Sequence record: MT612989.1
DNA length: 64,000 bases
Strand: one strand, 5' to 3'
The position numbers were made by a program, and so were the translations under genes. Below are positions 18,965-27,626 of the stretch, one piece after another (positions within the stretch are counted from its first letter, which is position 1; every line of letters starts with the position of its first letter). The notes below the pieces were generated by a model. That model was not told the origin of the DNA, did no database searches, and worked only from the letters and a program-made list of their open reading frames with translations.

Positions 18965-19648
18965 TTATTGATCTGAATCAACCTCACTTTCAGCTTGTTC
19001 AAGATCTTCAGATGATTTCACTCGAATCTTGTATGCTTCGATGATTCGTTGACGGTATTTGCTGTTACGTTCTTTATAACACGTTCTCAAGTTTACATAA
19101 ACTTTACCTGTCTGAGCTTTATTGATTGTAATGCCAACCATGTACGGTGAATCAGGCTTATTACCGTATACGTTGATATGCTTCGGTCTTTCGCTTGCAG
19201 GCATGTTAGCAATTTTTAAGATTTCATCTTGGTGATTTTTAATCAATCGACCTACGATAATTTCAAACACACGTGCAGGGAAAGAGTGATCCATGATTCG
19301 GTCAATCACATGATAGTCCATCGTGACGTAAATACCTTTGTCTACTGCACCATGTCGATGAGCAACTTTGTTGATGTATTCACGACCTTCACGTAGAACT
19401 TTGTAACGATTCGTACCGTTAAAAACTGATTCATATGGCATAATTTAATCTCCAATTTTCTTTAAAAGAAATTTTAATAGTTTACGAGCACCTGCTGATG
19501 TTTCAGTGTGCTTCTCTAAAGTATAGATAGTCTCGTCATCGAGCGTGTTGAGATAATCGCATATTTTAATCTGCTGTTCAACACTTAATTTAACAAAGGG
19601 AAGTTCTTCAACACGCAAGCGCACTAAGTCTTGTGAAAGTAGACGCAT
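18965..19648 (-). other. Two hypothetical CDS (18965..19441, 19445..19648)
   Basis: Tiled ORFs behind the promoter TTGACT-17-TAAAAT at 19682-19710. Confidence 0.65.
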
Positions 19649-19716
19649 TGTTTAATACCTTTCTTACTTGCGATAAAATACATTTTACACAATAACACAA
19701 TGAGAGTCAACATTTT

Positions 19717-19947
19717 ATGAAAGCAAATTTCAATATTCTCGCAATTGATAAATGGGAACAGGTTGTTGTCATTGATTGGGGTGATGATTGCGTGTATAAG
19801 CACGTATTACCGCGTGAAATAGTCGAACACGAATTACCACTTGAGTCAGTTATTCATATTCTTGAAGACTTACGACCTCAAGCACCTGAAATCAAATCAT
19901 TAAAATCACTGAATGCTTTAATGCAAACGAACGAAAAAGGGAGCTAA
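19717..19947 (+). CDS. Isolated plus-strand 76-aa hypothetical protein
   Basis: Fills a gap with no competing minus-strand ORF; ends in the bidirectional terminator at about 19935-19962. Confidence 0.5.
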   Translation: MKANFNILAIDKWEQVVVIDWGDDCVYKHVLPREIVEHELPLESVIHILEDLRPQAPEIKSLKSLNALMQTNEKGS

Positions 19948-19962
19948 TCGCTCCCTTTTTTT
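19935..19962. terminator. Bidirectional terminator
   Basis: AAAAGGGAGC-TAATC-GCTCCCTTTT with A/T runs on both sides, between convergent ORFs. Confidence 0.85.
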
Positions 19963-20467
19963 ATTCATACGTTACTTCAAATTCAAATTCAAAACCGCTT
20001 GGCATATGGTCTGGTTCGATTTCATATACATCTTCATCTTCAGATTCAAAATCAATGATTACCAGCTTTCGATCTGACGCATACAGAACTTGCACATCAA
20101 CGTATTCATCATTAACCCATGCTTTAATAAATTCACCTGATTGAAAAGGAACTTTAACTCGCGTGTTTTTAGTAGTTTCATATTCGAACGTAAGCGTGTT
20201 TTTATCAACAATGCACTCACGACCACCCCACTCAGTTAGATAATGTGAGACTTCAGCTCCTGTAGTAGTAAGACCGTCAACTACAGACAATGCATGACCT
20301 GTATCTGTCGAGACAAACGTGGCTGAATTTAAAGTTGAGTCACTATGAACTTTAATCATATTTTCGTCTACACGACCTGATTCAAAAACGATTGAAACTT
20401 TATCATTTACACGTAGTGGGCGAGTTTTAGTGACTACTTTCTTTTCGTTAGTAAATTTGTAAAACAT
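19961..20467 (-). CDS. Hypothetical early protein
   Basis: ORF behind a promoter cassette. Confidence 0.7.
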   Translation of the reverse strand: MFYKFTNEKKVVTKTRPLRVNDKVSIVFESGRVDENMIKVHSDSTLNSATFVSTDTGHALSVVDGLTTTGAEVSHYLTEWGGRECIVDKNTLTFEYETTKNTRVKVPFQSGEFIKAWVNDEYVDVQVLYASDRKLVIIDFESEDEDVYEIEPDHMPSGFEFEFEVTYE

Positions 20468-20494
20468 AATATAATCTCCAATTATTAAAATGTA

Positions 20495-20580
20495 ATCTCG
20501 TTTCGATGTAGTAATAATAGGGTTTTATTGATTGTCATGCAACCACTAAAACGAAAAAAAGCCCCAATTAAGGGGCTTTT
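20495..20580 (-). promoter_or_regulatory. Terminator plus early promoter cassette (GTGG-TTGCAT-17-TATTAT-...ACATCGAAACGAGAT)
   Basis: -35 at 20537-20542, -10 at 20514-20519, preceded by the repeated AAGCCCC terminator. Confidence 0.8.
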
Positions 20581-20596
20581 TGTGATTCAAGTCACA

Positions 20597-21316
20597 TTAT
20601 TTGTTGATTTCGACTTCTAACTTGAGCATTTCACACTGTAGAACTAGACCTTTGACTTCATCATAGTGCTTGGTTGTTAGTGGTTCACCAGCATCGACTA
20701 CGCTCATTAGTTTCACCTTAGCTCGATTACAGTCTTTAACTGAACCACGTAGGTCACGAACAAGCTCAGGTGATAGAAGCACATCTTCATTAATCACTAC
20801 AGACTCTTCAATCACTTTTTCAGCTTTGATTTCTTTCTTGCTGAATTCTTGTTCTTCGATTACGACGCGATCTTTGATTTCTTCTGCTTCTTCTTTCGCA
20901 AGTTTGATTTGCATTGCAATTCGAGCGCGATCTGATTTATTACATTGCTCAACTAACGGGATGCCGTACTTCAGTTTCCATTGATTGCTCAACGTGTAGT
21001 CTCGTTCGAGCATACCATGCTCACGCTCTGCTGCAATTACAGAGTCAATGACATCACAGAACGGTACTTCAGCATCTGAACGAGGCGTTGGATCTTGACC
21101 GAAATGTACTCGATTCTTAACGATTTCAACGTACACGTTATCATAACGACTTAGAAAACTCGGCGCAGCAAACACGTTCAGCATGTCTTTTTCAGTTTGA
21201 GATAGCACGGGTTTTGCCGCGTCTAAACGATCTGTTGATGCAGTGTCAATAGTGTCAGTACAACCAGTCATTGCTACTGATGCTGCTAGTGCTACGATTG
21301 CGATTAATTTTTTCAT
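20597..21316 (-). CDS. Lipoprotein, paralog of 26854..27555
   Basis: MKK + hydrophobic segment + MTGC lipobox; shared RSD.E.PFCDVI, SNQW...YGI.L.EQCN, DCNRAK and C...KLEVE.NK. Confidence 0.8.
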   Translation of the reverse strand: MKKLIAIVALAASVAMTGCTDTIDTASTDRLDAAKPVLSQTEKDMLNVFAAPSFLSRYDNVYVEIVKNRVHFGQDPTPRSDAEVPFCDVIDSVIAAEREHGMLERDYTLSNQWKLKYGIPLVEQCNKSDRARIAMQIKLAKEEAEEIKDRVVIEEQEFSKKEIKAEKVIEESVVINEDVLLSPELVRDLRGSVKDCNRAKVKLMSVVDAGEPLTTKHYDEVKGLVLQCEMLKLEVEINK

Positions 21317-21327
21317 GATGTTCTCTC

Positions 21328-21588
21328 TTATTTGTCAAATTTGATGTAGAAGTATTGTGGGCCATTAGTTCCTCGTGGCACGCAAGTCAAGTACGGTTGC
21401 ATACCTTCGGGACACTGAGCAAAAAATTCAGGGTTAAGACGCTGAACAACGTACCAGAATTCACTGCGTTTTTCTTCCCACTCTGCTAATGCTTTCTTTC
21501 TGAATTTCATTGGCTTTTGGTGAAGCACTACATATGCGCGTCGATGTAGCCAATGATTTTTAATGTGAAGAGTTACTTCATCTTTCAT
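21328..21588 (-). CDS. Hypothetical early protein
   Basis: ORF behind promoter TTGACA-17-TAATAT. Confidence 0.7.
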   Translation of the reverse strand: MKDEVTLHIKNHWLHRRAYVVLHQKPMKFRKKALAEWEEKRSEFWYVVQRLNPEFFAQCPEGMQPYLTCVPRGTNGPQYFYIKFDK

Positions 21589-21609
21589 GATATTGTTCTC
21601 TCGTTAGTT

Positions 21610-21648
21610 GTTGAGTGACATATTACAGCCACTCAACGTTGTTGTCAA
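21610..21648 (-). promoter_or_regulatory. Sigma70 promoter with the -10 in the loop of an 8-bp inverted repeat
   Basis: -35 TTGACA 21643-21648, -10 TAATAT 21620-21625; GTTGAGTG (21610-21617) / CACTCAAC (21630-21637). Confidence 0.75.
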
Positions 21649-21652
21649 CTAT

Positions 21653-22882
21653 TTAGTTGAAATTAATTGCTTGACCGTCGTCTACATCACGTAGCACATC
21701 GTATTCTTCGATGAATTGAGCCATTTTACAGTTCTTATCACCGACTGTGAAGCTGCTTTGTTCATTCATGTATTCAACGGCAGCAAGATAATCTTGATAT
21801 TCTTGGTCATCTTCGTCATACCATTCGCTGAACTTCTCGTGCAGGTCTTCGCGGCGTAGAGTCAGGCGAGTTGTACGCTCGACTTTGAGTTGAACTGATT
21901 CTTCAAAATACCAATCTGGTTGTAGATCTTCGATGATGTCTGCCATTTTACGAAGACGTTCAGCGTCTGCACACATGTCGTGACATTGACCAGAAGTCAT
22001 AGCAGGCATAAATTCAAGGTTATTCACCAAGAAGAAGCGAGACGTCCATTTACCACCGATATATGCTTCAGCAATCTTTTGACCGAAATCGTTTTCTTTC
22101 ATGTCAACAATCGGGTGAGTTTCAGTCAACCATTCTGAGCGTTCGAACTGCGTATCAAATTTAACCATGTCAACTTGCAGTTCGATTAAACTATCAATGA
22201 TTTCTTTCTTCTCATCTTCTGTTTTCGTATCGTCTTTTTCAAGTTCAATACGCGCACGTTCGATTTGAAGTCTACCACGAGCTGAAATCATTTCAAGATC
22301 AGATGTAGATTTTGAATATTTCGCTACAAATTCGTCAACTTCTTCTGTAAACGTGTATGTCTTCGCGTCTTCACCCCAACCCGTAGTATACGTACCATCG
22401 AGAATCATTTGCTGATAAATCTCTTCGTGAATTGCCATTTTCGCAATCAGACTAACGCCGTGACACGTTTTCACACGCAACGCACCGCTATGTTCCATGT
22501 CTTGAAGTTGATTCATATCTTCGATTTCATCAATTTCCATGTAATCGTGATATTCGTTGTAGTCGTCAAGCGACTTCCCTTCTGGAACACGATTCGGCAT
22601 ATAAATGTTGTTAATCGCCTTGAGCGTCAACGATTCCATATCAGCGTCTTCGAATTCATAATTGTTGTAGTCAGCATACTTAGCTAGAAGCGGGTAACCA
22701 ATGACTTTAAACGTATCCCACGGGTAACACTTACTTCCCATTAGAACATTGCTGTAGAGCGATTTCGAGCGCAAGTTGTAATGCTGATCAAACGTGTCCA
22801 TGACTAAGAAGAACACACGCGCTTTCTGACCTTCTAGAATAGGTGTACGTGAGATTGCGCAAGTTGTGTTGAATGAACCCAT
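21653..22882 (-). CDS. Hypothetical 409-aa acidic protein
   Basis: Long ORF, N-terminal MGSFNTTC motif; own promoter TTGCAC-17-TAGAAT at 22923-22951. Confidence 0.8.
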   Translation of the reverse strand: MGSFNTTCAISRTPILEGQKARVFFLVMDTFDQHYNLRSKSLYSNVLMGSKCYPWDTFKVIGYPLLAKYADYNNYEFEDADMESLTLKAINNIYMPNRVPEGKSLDDYNEYHDYMEIDEIEDMNQLQDMEHSGALRVKTCHGVSLIAKMAIHEEIYQQMILDGTYTTGWGEDAKTYTFTEEVDEFVAKYSKSTSDLEMISARGRLQIERARIELEKDDTKTEDEKKEIIDSLIELQVDMVKFDTQFERSEWLTETHPIVDMKENDFGQKIAEAYIGGKWTSRFFLVNNLEFMPAMTSGQCHDMCADAERLRKMADIIEDLQPDWYFEESVQLKVERTTRLTLRREDLHEKFSEWYDEDDQEYQDYLAAVEYMNEQSSFTVGDKNCKMAQFIEEYDVLRDVDDGQAINFN

Positions 22883-22934
22883 TATGTTGTCTCCATTTGA
22901 GCGATTTTAAGTTGATGTAAGTATTCTAATTGAA

Positions 22935-23261
22935 TTAAGCGAAGTGTGCAAGCACCTTTTTACCAAATTCGTTAGATTCTTCAAGAGAAGCAGCACCTGC
23001 ACTCATTGTTAAGAATTGATCTGTCATTGTTTGCATAAGAATAATGCGGTCGAAATCAGCAACTGTCGCTTCAGCGATAATAGCTGCCTTACCAGTCACG
23101 ATAGTTGAAATTAGATTGAATCGACGAGCGACATCTGAACCTTCCATAGCATAAGAACCGTTACGAAACTTATATTGACCTTGATTTGTTTCGCGCTCGA
23201 AGTTGAAACCTTCAACAACTTTAGTTTTTTGAGCTTTAGTCATGTTAGTAGTTAGTTGCAT
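22935..23261 (-). CDS. Hypothetical early protein
   Basis: Directly behind cassette 23262-23340. Confidence 0.75.
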   Translation of the reverse strand: MQLTTNMTKAQKTKVVEGFNFERETNQGQYKFRNGSYAMEGSDVARRFNLISTIVTGKAAIIAEATVADFDRIILMQTMTDQFLTMSAGAASLEESNEFGKKVLAHFA

Positions 23262-23340
23262 AATGTTCTCTCTTTGTTTTCGTATCCCGTTTCGATGTAG
23301 ATATAATACAAAAAAAGGGTTGCCGAAGCAACCCTAAATT
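23262..23340 (-). promoter_or_regulatory. Terminator-promoter fusion cassette (GGG-TTGCTT-CGGCAACCC-T7-G-TATTAT-...ATCGAAACG...GAGAGAACATT-ATG)
   Basis: cUUCGg hairpin 23317-23334 contains the -35 (23326-23331); -10 at 23303-23308. Confidence 0.85.
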
Positions 23341-23368
23341 TACGATTTTTAGTGATCAATGTCACGTT

Positions 23369-24862
23369 TTACGCTGTTCGAATCTTCTTGGCGATTTTCC
23401 ATTCACCTTCGTTGATAAAATCAGCTTGCACGTCAGACAGTTTACGAGCTTCTTCAAGTGAGAAGTCAGCAACTGTTACACCGTTTTCGAAGATTGTCTG
23501 CATCACGCTCTGAGGGTGTACGCGATTGTCGTAATCTTCAGTAGAGAACGTCACGTAACCACGAGCTGCTGGGTTCGGATTTTCTGCATCGACTGCAATC
23601 AAATCTAAGAAACCTGCTTTTGATGCTTTTGTTGGGTCAGTCTTCGGCATTTTGAACACACTAACGTATTCGCCGTTGATGATCGCCGCTGACATTTTCA
23701 TTGCAAAACGTTGAGTATCACGGTCAAGTTGCTGAAGCAAACCACCACCCATACCGAATGCAATGTTTTCTGCCGACCAACCTTTACTTTCCATGTAAGA
23801 TAGAATTCGACGAATTTCTTCGATGTTCACGCCGTCGCCTTGAATGATACGGTAACTAGGGTGTAGAACTTTGTAACCCTTGCTGTTGATTGTGTAACCA
23901 ACGTTCTTAGCAAGAATTTCAAGACCTTTCATTACTACATCTACAGGTACACCAGAGTCAGGACGAGCAACAAACGTACCGCCTTTACTGATGATTAACT
24001 CTTTGAAACGACCAGTCGAGACACGATTCATTGCTGCTTCGTAGTCGTAGCTGTCCATTACACAAGCGTATAGAGCTGCGCCCCATTGCTCGATAGAGTT
24101 CAAGAATGCTTGATCTTCGCCAAATTCTTTGTAGATTGTAGTTGTTGAGTGTTCACGTGCAGGGATAGAGAATCCCGCAATGAAGTCTTCAACATCTTCA
24201 GCGTAAAGCTCTTCAACTGCAACAAGTGCTTCTACATTGTCAGTTCCCAAGAAGTTTTTCAAGTGAGCTGCGCCGCCAATAGCTGCTGATTCGCCACTTG
24301 ACACACCACGAGAACCGAAGTCGTGAAGTTTAAACGGCTCTTGTTCTGCAATGCGTTCATCATCAACCGTTTTCTTCATGAATTCACGAATGATTTTCTT
24401 CACTTCGAACGAGATCGTTGCTACAGTTGTCGGGTACCAAATCGCACGTAAGATAAACGTTTCAAGATAACCAGGTAGCCAACCGAAACGTGGATCTGTG
24501 TTCTCAATCGTCAAGATAGGGTGCTTAACTGGTACTACAGTACCTTCTTTTACCGCACGAATCTTAATAGGCAGTTTGCCGTTCAGTTCGTTAACGATGA
24601 TTTCCCAACCCTTGTCATTGAAGACTTCAGAACCGAAGTGCTTTTTGAACAGACGTTTCGCACGCTTGACATCGTTCATTGCAACACCTTTTTCGAGAAT
24701 ACGACACATGTATGCCATACCATCGATCATAATTTTGTCGAACTTGCCGCCCCGGCTTTCAACGTAATATTGACTGTACTCTAAACCACGAGGGAATTGA
24801 GACCAGTGTGAAACTTTGTAGCTGTCTGTTGCGATTGCGATATTTTGATTAAGATTAAGCAT
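23369..24862 (-). CDS. nadV: Nicotinamide phosphoribosyltransferase (Nampt)
   Basis: TDSYKVSHW.Q.P, LHDFGSRG, SIPAREHST, DSYD, RPDSG, IIQGDG, FGMGGGLLQ...RDT..FAMK. Confidence 0.95.
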   Translation of the reverse strand: MLNLNQNIAIATDSYKVSHWSQFPRGLEYSQYYVESRGGKFDKIMIDGMAYMCRILEKGVAMNDVKRAKRLFKKHFGSEVFNDKGWEIIVNELNGKLPIKIRAVKEGTVVPVKHPILTIENTDPRFGWLPGYLETFILRAIWYPTTVATISFEVKKIIREFMKKTVDDERIAEQEPFKLHDFGSRGVSSGESAAIGGAAHLKNFLGTDNVEALVAVEELYAEDVEDFIAGFSIPAREHSTTTIYKEFGEDQAFLNSIEQWGAALYACVMDSYDYEAAMNRVSTGRFKELIISKGGTFVARPDSGVPVDVVMKGLEILAKNVGYTINSKGYKVLHPSYRIIQGDGVNIEEIRRILSYMESKGWSAENIAFGMGGGLLQQLDRDTQRFAMKMSAAIINGEYVSVFKMPKTDPTKASKAGFLDLIAVDAENPNPAARGYVTFSTEDYDNRVHPQSVMQTIFENGVTVADFSLEEARKLSDVQADFINEGEWKIAKKIRTA

Positions 24863-24919
24863 TGTATGGCTCCCATTTTATGCTGTTAAAGTTTCTCGAA
24901 TGTTCGAGTGTAAGTGTCA

Positions 24920-25423
24920 TTAAAAACGAGCTTTAAATGACATAGTTACGACTGGCACCCAGATATCAGAACCCATCAACAACCCAAGCTCTGCACCTAA
25001 GTTATCAGTAGCCCAATAAGTAACTGATGGCTGAATCGCAGGTAGAATACCGAGATCATAAACTTCAGTATAACCAGTCGCTAGACCAAGAAATAAATCA
25101 TAGTCAATTTCTTTACTTGGTGTGTATGTGAAGTGATAACCTGCAACAAAACTACGCTCATAGAAGCTGTTTTCTAAAGTCATAACTTCCCAATTTTTAT
25201 ATCTAACACCAATTGCATTGTTTGTTTCATTGTACTCTTTAAAAACAGACGTTTTACATTTATCTGCTAAATCAGGACAATATCCGTCACCTGAAAGGTG
25301 GTAAGACCACCCACCTAATCGAACCTGAACATCGTCAATGAACGTAGTCTGTTCGTTAGTAGATGCATTTGCGCTTGCAACGCTAGATAAAAGCAATAGT
25401 GATAGTGCAGTAAGTTTTTTCAT
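24920..25423 (-). CDS. Small outer-membrane beta-barrel, PagP-like
   Basis: Sec signal with ANA cleavage site, GGWSYH...YNE.NNAIG...NSFY...G.ATGY, alternating strands, terminal Phe; promoter TTGCAA-17-TATAAT at 25451-25479. Confidence 0.55.
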   Translation of the reverse strand: MKKLTALSLLLLSSVASANASTNEQTTFIDDVQVRLGGWSYHLSGDGYCPDLADKCKTSVFKEYNETNNAIGVRYKNWEVMTLENSFYERSFVAGYHFTYTPSKEIDYDLFLGLATGYTEVYDLGILPAIQPSVTYWATDNLGAELGLLMGSDIWVPVVTMSFKARF

Positions 25424-25486
25424 AATGTCTTCCTCTTATTGAATGAATACATTATATTATTCTTTTTCTCACATTGCAAGCTTTTT

Positions 25487-26020
25487 TTAATAATATTCGA
25501 TGTTAATTTTAGCCGAAGACCCTACCGCAGTCGATAAGAAACTCTTCCATTGTGATTCATTGTTAGATGTCAACTCGTAAAAACGCTTTGACGGCGAGCG
25601 ATGACTGAATATAAACACAGTACCACTTTCAGTTGTAACTCGTAGTGTTGATTGTGTCAGATCAGAAGACAATGCAATGAACGATTCAGTCGATATTTGG
25701 TCTTCGCTATATGCTATGTCAGTTACACTTCTACCACCAATAGTAGTAGGAGTCAACGAACCTGCGTTTTCGAAGTTCGGACTATTTTTCGCATAACCCC
25801 AACCAGAAGAACGAGGTTCACCAAAACGATATAACAACCCTCGAACTATAGTATGCGAGAATGCAGATTTACCTCTAAGATCTCCCATTGATATCGACCC
25901 GCTAGGTCTCTCTGCTAGGTCGCGCACATCTGCATCACCTAGCGAGATAGCCCCGCTAGGTCTGTCCAACTCGATTCGAACATCATTAAGTGATATTGGA
26001 CCAGTTGATGGTAATCCCAT
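25487..26020 (-). CDS. Late-expressed putative tail-tip/adhesin protein
   Basis: N-terminal LPSTGPISLNDVRIEL...SGAISLGD..VR.LA..PSG.ISMGDL.GKS motif of phage fibre-tip/gp38-type proteins; perfect late promoter upstream. Confidence 0.5.
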   Translation of the reverse strand: MGLPSTGPISLNDVRIELDRPSGAISLGDADVRDLAERPSGSISMGDLRGKSAFSHTIVRGLLYRFGEPRSSGWGYAKNSPNFENAGSLTPTTIGGRSVTDIAYSEDQISTESFIALSSDLTQSTLRVTTESGTVFIFSHRSPSKRFYELTSNNESQWKSFLSTAVGSSAKINIEYY

Positions 26021-26047
26021 TATGTTATTCCTTTCATGTTAAAATCG

Positions 26048-26055
26048 TATTTATA
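26048..26055 (-). promoter_or_regulatory. T4-type late promoter TATAAATA
   Basis: Exact consensus (TATTTATA on +), 27 nt upstream of ATG 26020. Confidence 0.8.
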
Positions 26056-26060
26056 CATGA

Positions 26061-26846
26061 TTAACCGTTTTCACGAATGTATTTTACAAGCTTGGCGTAG
26101 TCTTGTGGTTTAAACATTCTAGGGAATTGATGTGACAACACTTCAGCTTCTTTGTACTGTTCTGCTGTTACAATCTGTGATTTTGCAATTCTCTGCGGAT
26201 GCTTACTATTAGACAATGCATAACAGTAATCATCATCGAACGGATCATCACCTATAATATAATACTTTTCGTCCATGTAATAAACATGTTCTACGTCAGA
26301 ATTTTGCTGACTTGTTACAATATGCGATTTTGCAATCGCTGCTTCTCGTTCAGCTTCGACAATTGCTTCTTCAAGCTCAAGATCGGTAATGCCATGATGA
26401 GTGTTGTTAATAGGTTCAGTTCGACCTTCTTCAAACCCCTCAGACGGTGAAAATACATCAATGGCTTGTAACTCGCACAATGCTTTATCTACGTCTGTTG
26501 CGTCAATGTACTGAGCGTTTAACGAAGATAGATCAGGGCGCCATGACTTACACGAATCAAGCTCGCCGAGATAGTGTGATTGACATCGACCAACTTCACC
26601 ACTTTCAGTTTTATATTCGACTGGTAGATTGCTAATTGACGGTTGATTGAATGCATAATCACGCCAGTGAAATTCACGAATAACCCATGACGGTAGTACT
26701 GAGTTCTTCAAGATATTTTCGTTCATAACTTCAGGACATTGACGCCATTCACGAACTGAACTTTCATCATTCGCTGAATTTGCCACTCGGTCGAATGGGT
26801 GCATTTTGATCTTTAGATCTTCAATTGCGATATTCGTTCTTAACAT
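26061..26846 (-). CDS. Hypothetical protein
   Basis: 261-aa ORF; no family recognised. Confidence 0.7.
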   Translation of the reverse strand: MLRTNIAIEDLKIKMHPFDRVANSANDESSVREWRQCPEVMNENILKNSVLPSWVIREFHWRDYAFNQPSISNLPVEYKTESGEVGRCQSHYLGELDSCKSWRPDLSSLNAQYIDATDVDKALCELQAIDVFSPSEGFEEGRTEPINNTHHGITDLELEEAIVEAEREAAIAKSHIVTSQQNSDVEHVYYMDEKYYIIGDDPFDDDYCYALSNSKHPQRIAKSQIVTAEQYKEAEVLSHQFPRMFKPQDYAKLVKYIRENG

Positions 26847-26853
26847 GTTTTTC

Positions 26854-27555
26854 TCACTTATTCAATTCAACTTCAAGTTTATGCATTTTGCATTCGATTA
26901 TCAACTTACGCGCTTCAGACCCGTCAGCTTGTGTTAATGGTTTACCTGCTTGTGTTAGCTCAAGTAACTTTGTTTTAGCTCGATTGCAGTCGCGTGCAGA
27001 TTCAATGAGATAGTCATACTCATGCGGGTCTAACAGCTCGATTGTCGCGTCTTGAACATCATCCATATTGTTGATATTACCAGACAATGCGTTTTGTTCA
27101 CGCTGATTTAACTCAGCTTGCATTTCAAGTTTTTCAACGCGCTGTGCTTTCTCTTCTAGAGATTCAGGAGCATCGTAATTACATTGCTCACTCAAACTAA
27201 TACCATACTGCGTTCGCCACTGGTTACTCATCGTGCGTTCGTATGTACTGCGAATGTCGTCTTCGGCTTCGACAAGTGATGCAATCACATCACAGAAAGG
27301 GATTTCATCGTCTGAACGTCGCACTGCATTAGAACCGTATTTGTTACGAGTGGCAAGAGCAGTCCACAATGGGTTATACAAATAGTTACTAGCGTCAGCA
27401 TCTGCCAGCCAGTAGTTGATCATTTCACGCTCTTTTTTATTCACAACTGCATTTACCGTAGTGAATTTTTTACCAGTCTTGGTTTCAAGTTGTGGTCTTT
27501 CACCACAACCTGCCAGTACTGCGACTGTAACTGCCACGAGAATTGATTTCTTCAC
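26854..27555 (-). CDS. Lipoprotein, paralog of 20597..21316
   Basis: GTG start, VLAGC lipobox, four conserved Cys shared with paralog. Confidence 0.8.
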   Translation of the reverse strand: MKKSILVAVTVAVLAGCGERPQLETKTGKKFTTVNAVVNKKEREMINYWLADADASNYLYNPLWTALATRNKYGSNAVRRSDDEIPFCDVIASLVEAEDDIRSTYERTMSNQWRTQYGISLSEQCNYDAPESLEEKAQRVEKLEMQAELNQREQNALSGNINNMDDVQDATIELLDPHEYDYLIESARDCNRAKTKLLELTQAGKPLTQADGSEARKLIIECKMHKLEVELNK

Positions 27556-27608
27556 TCTAATACTCCTAATATCTCTAACTTCACTAAAACCACTAATACT
27601 ACTAAGAT
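27555..27608. repeat. Six imperfect 9-bp tandem repeats with invariant CTAA core
   Basis: ctctaatac tcctaatat ctctaactt cactaaaac cactaatac tactaagat. Confidence 0.75.
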
Positions 27609-27626
27609 GAGACGGAATTTTTCCGC

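Noticed and set aside
20597-27555. Lipoproteins as o-spanins
   Set aside because: Too large, not Pro-rich, not paired with an i-spanin, and located among early genes.
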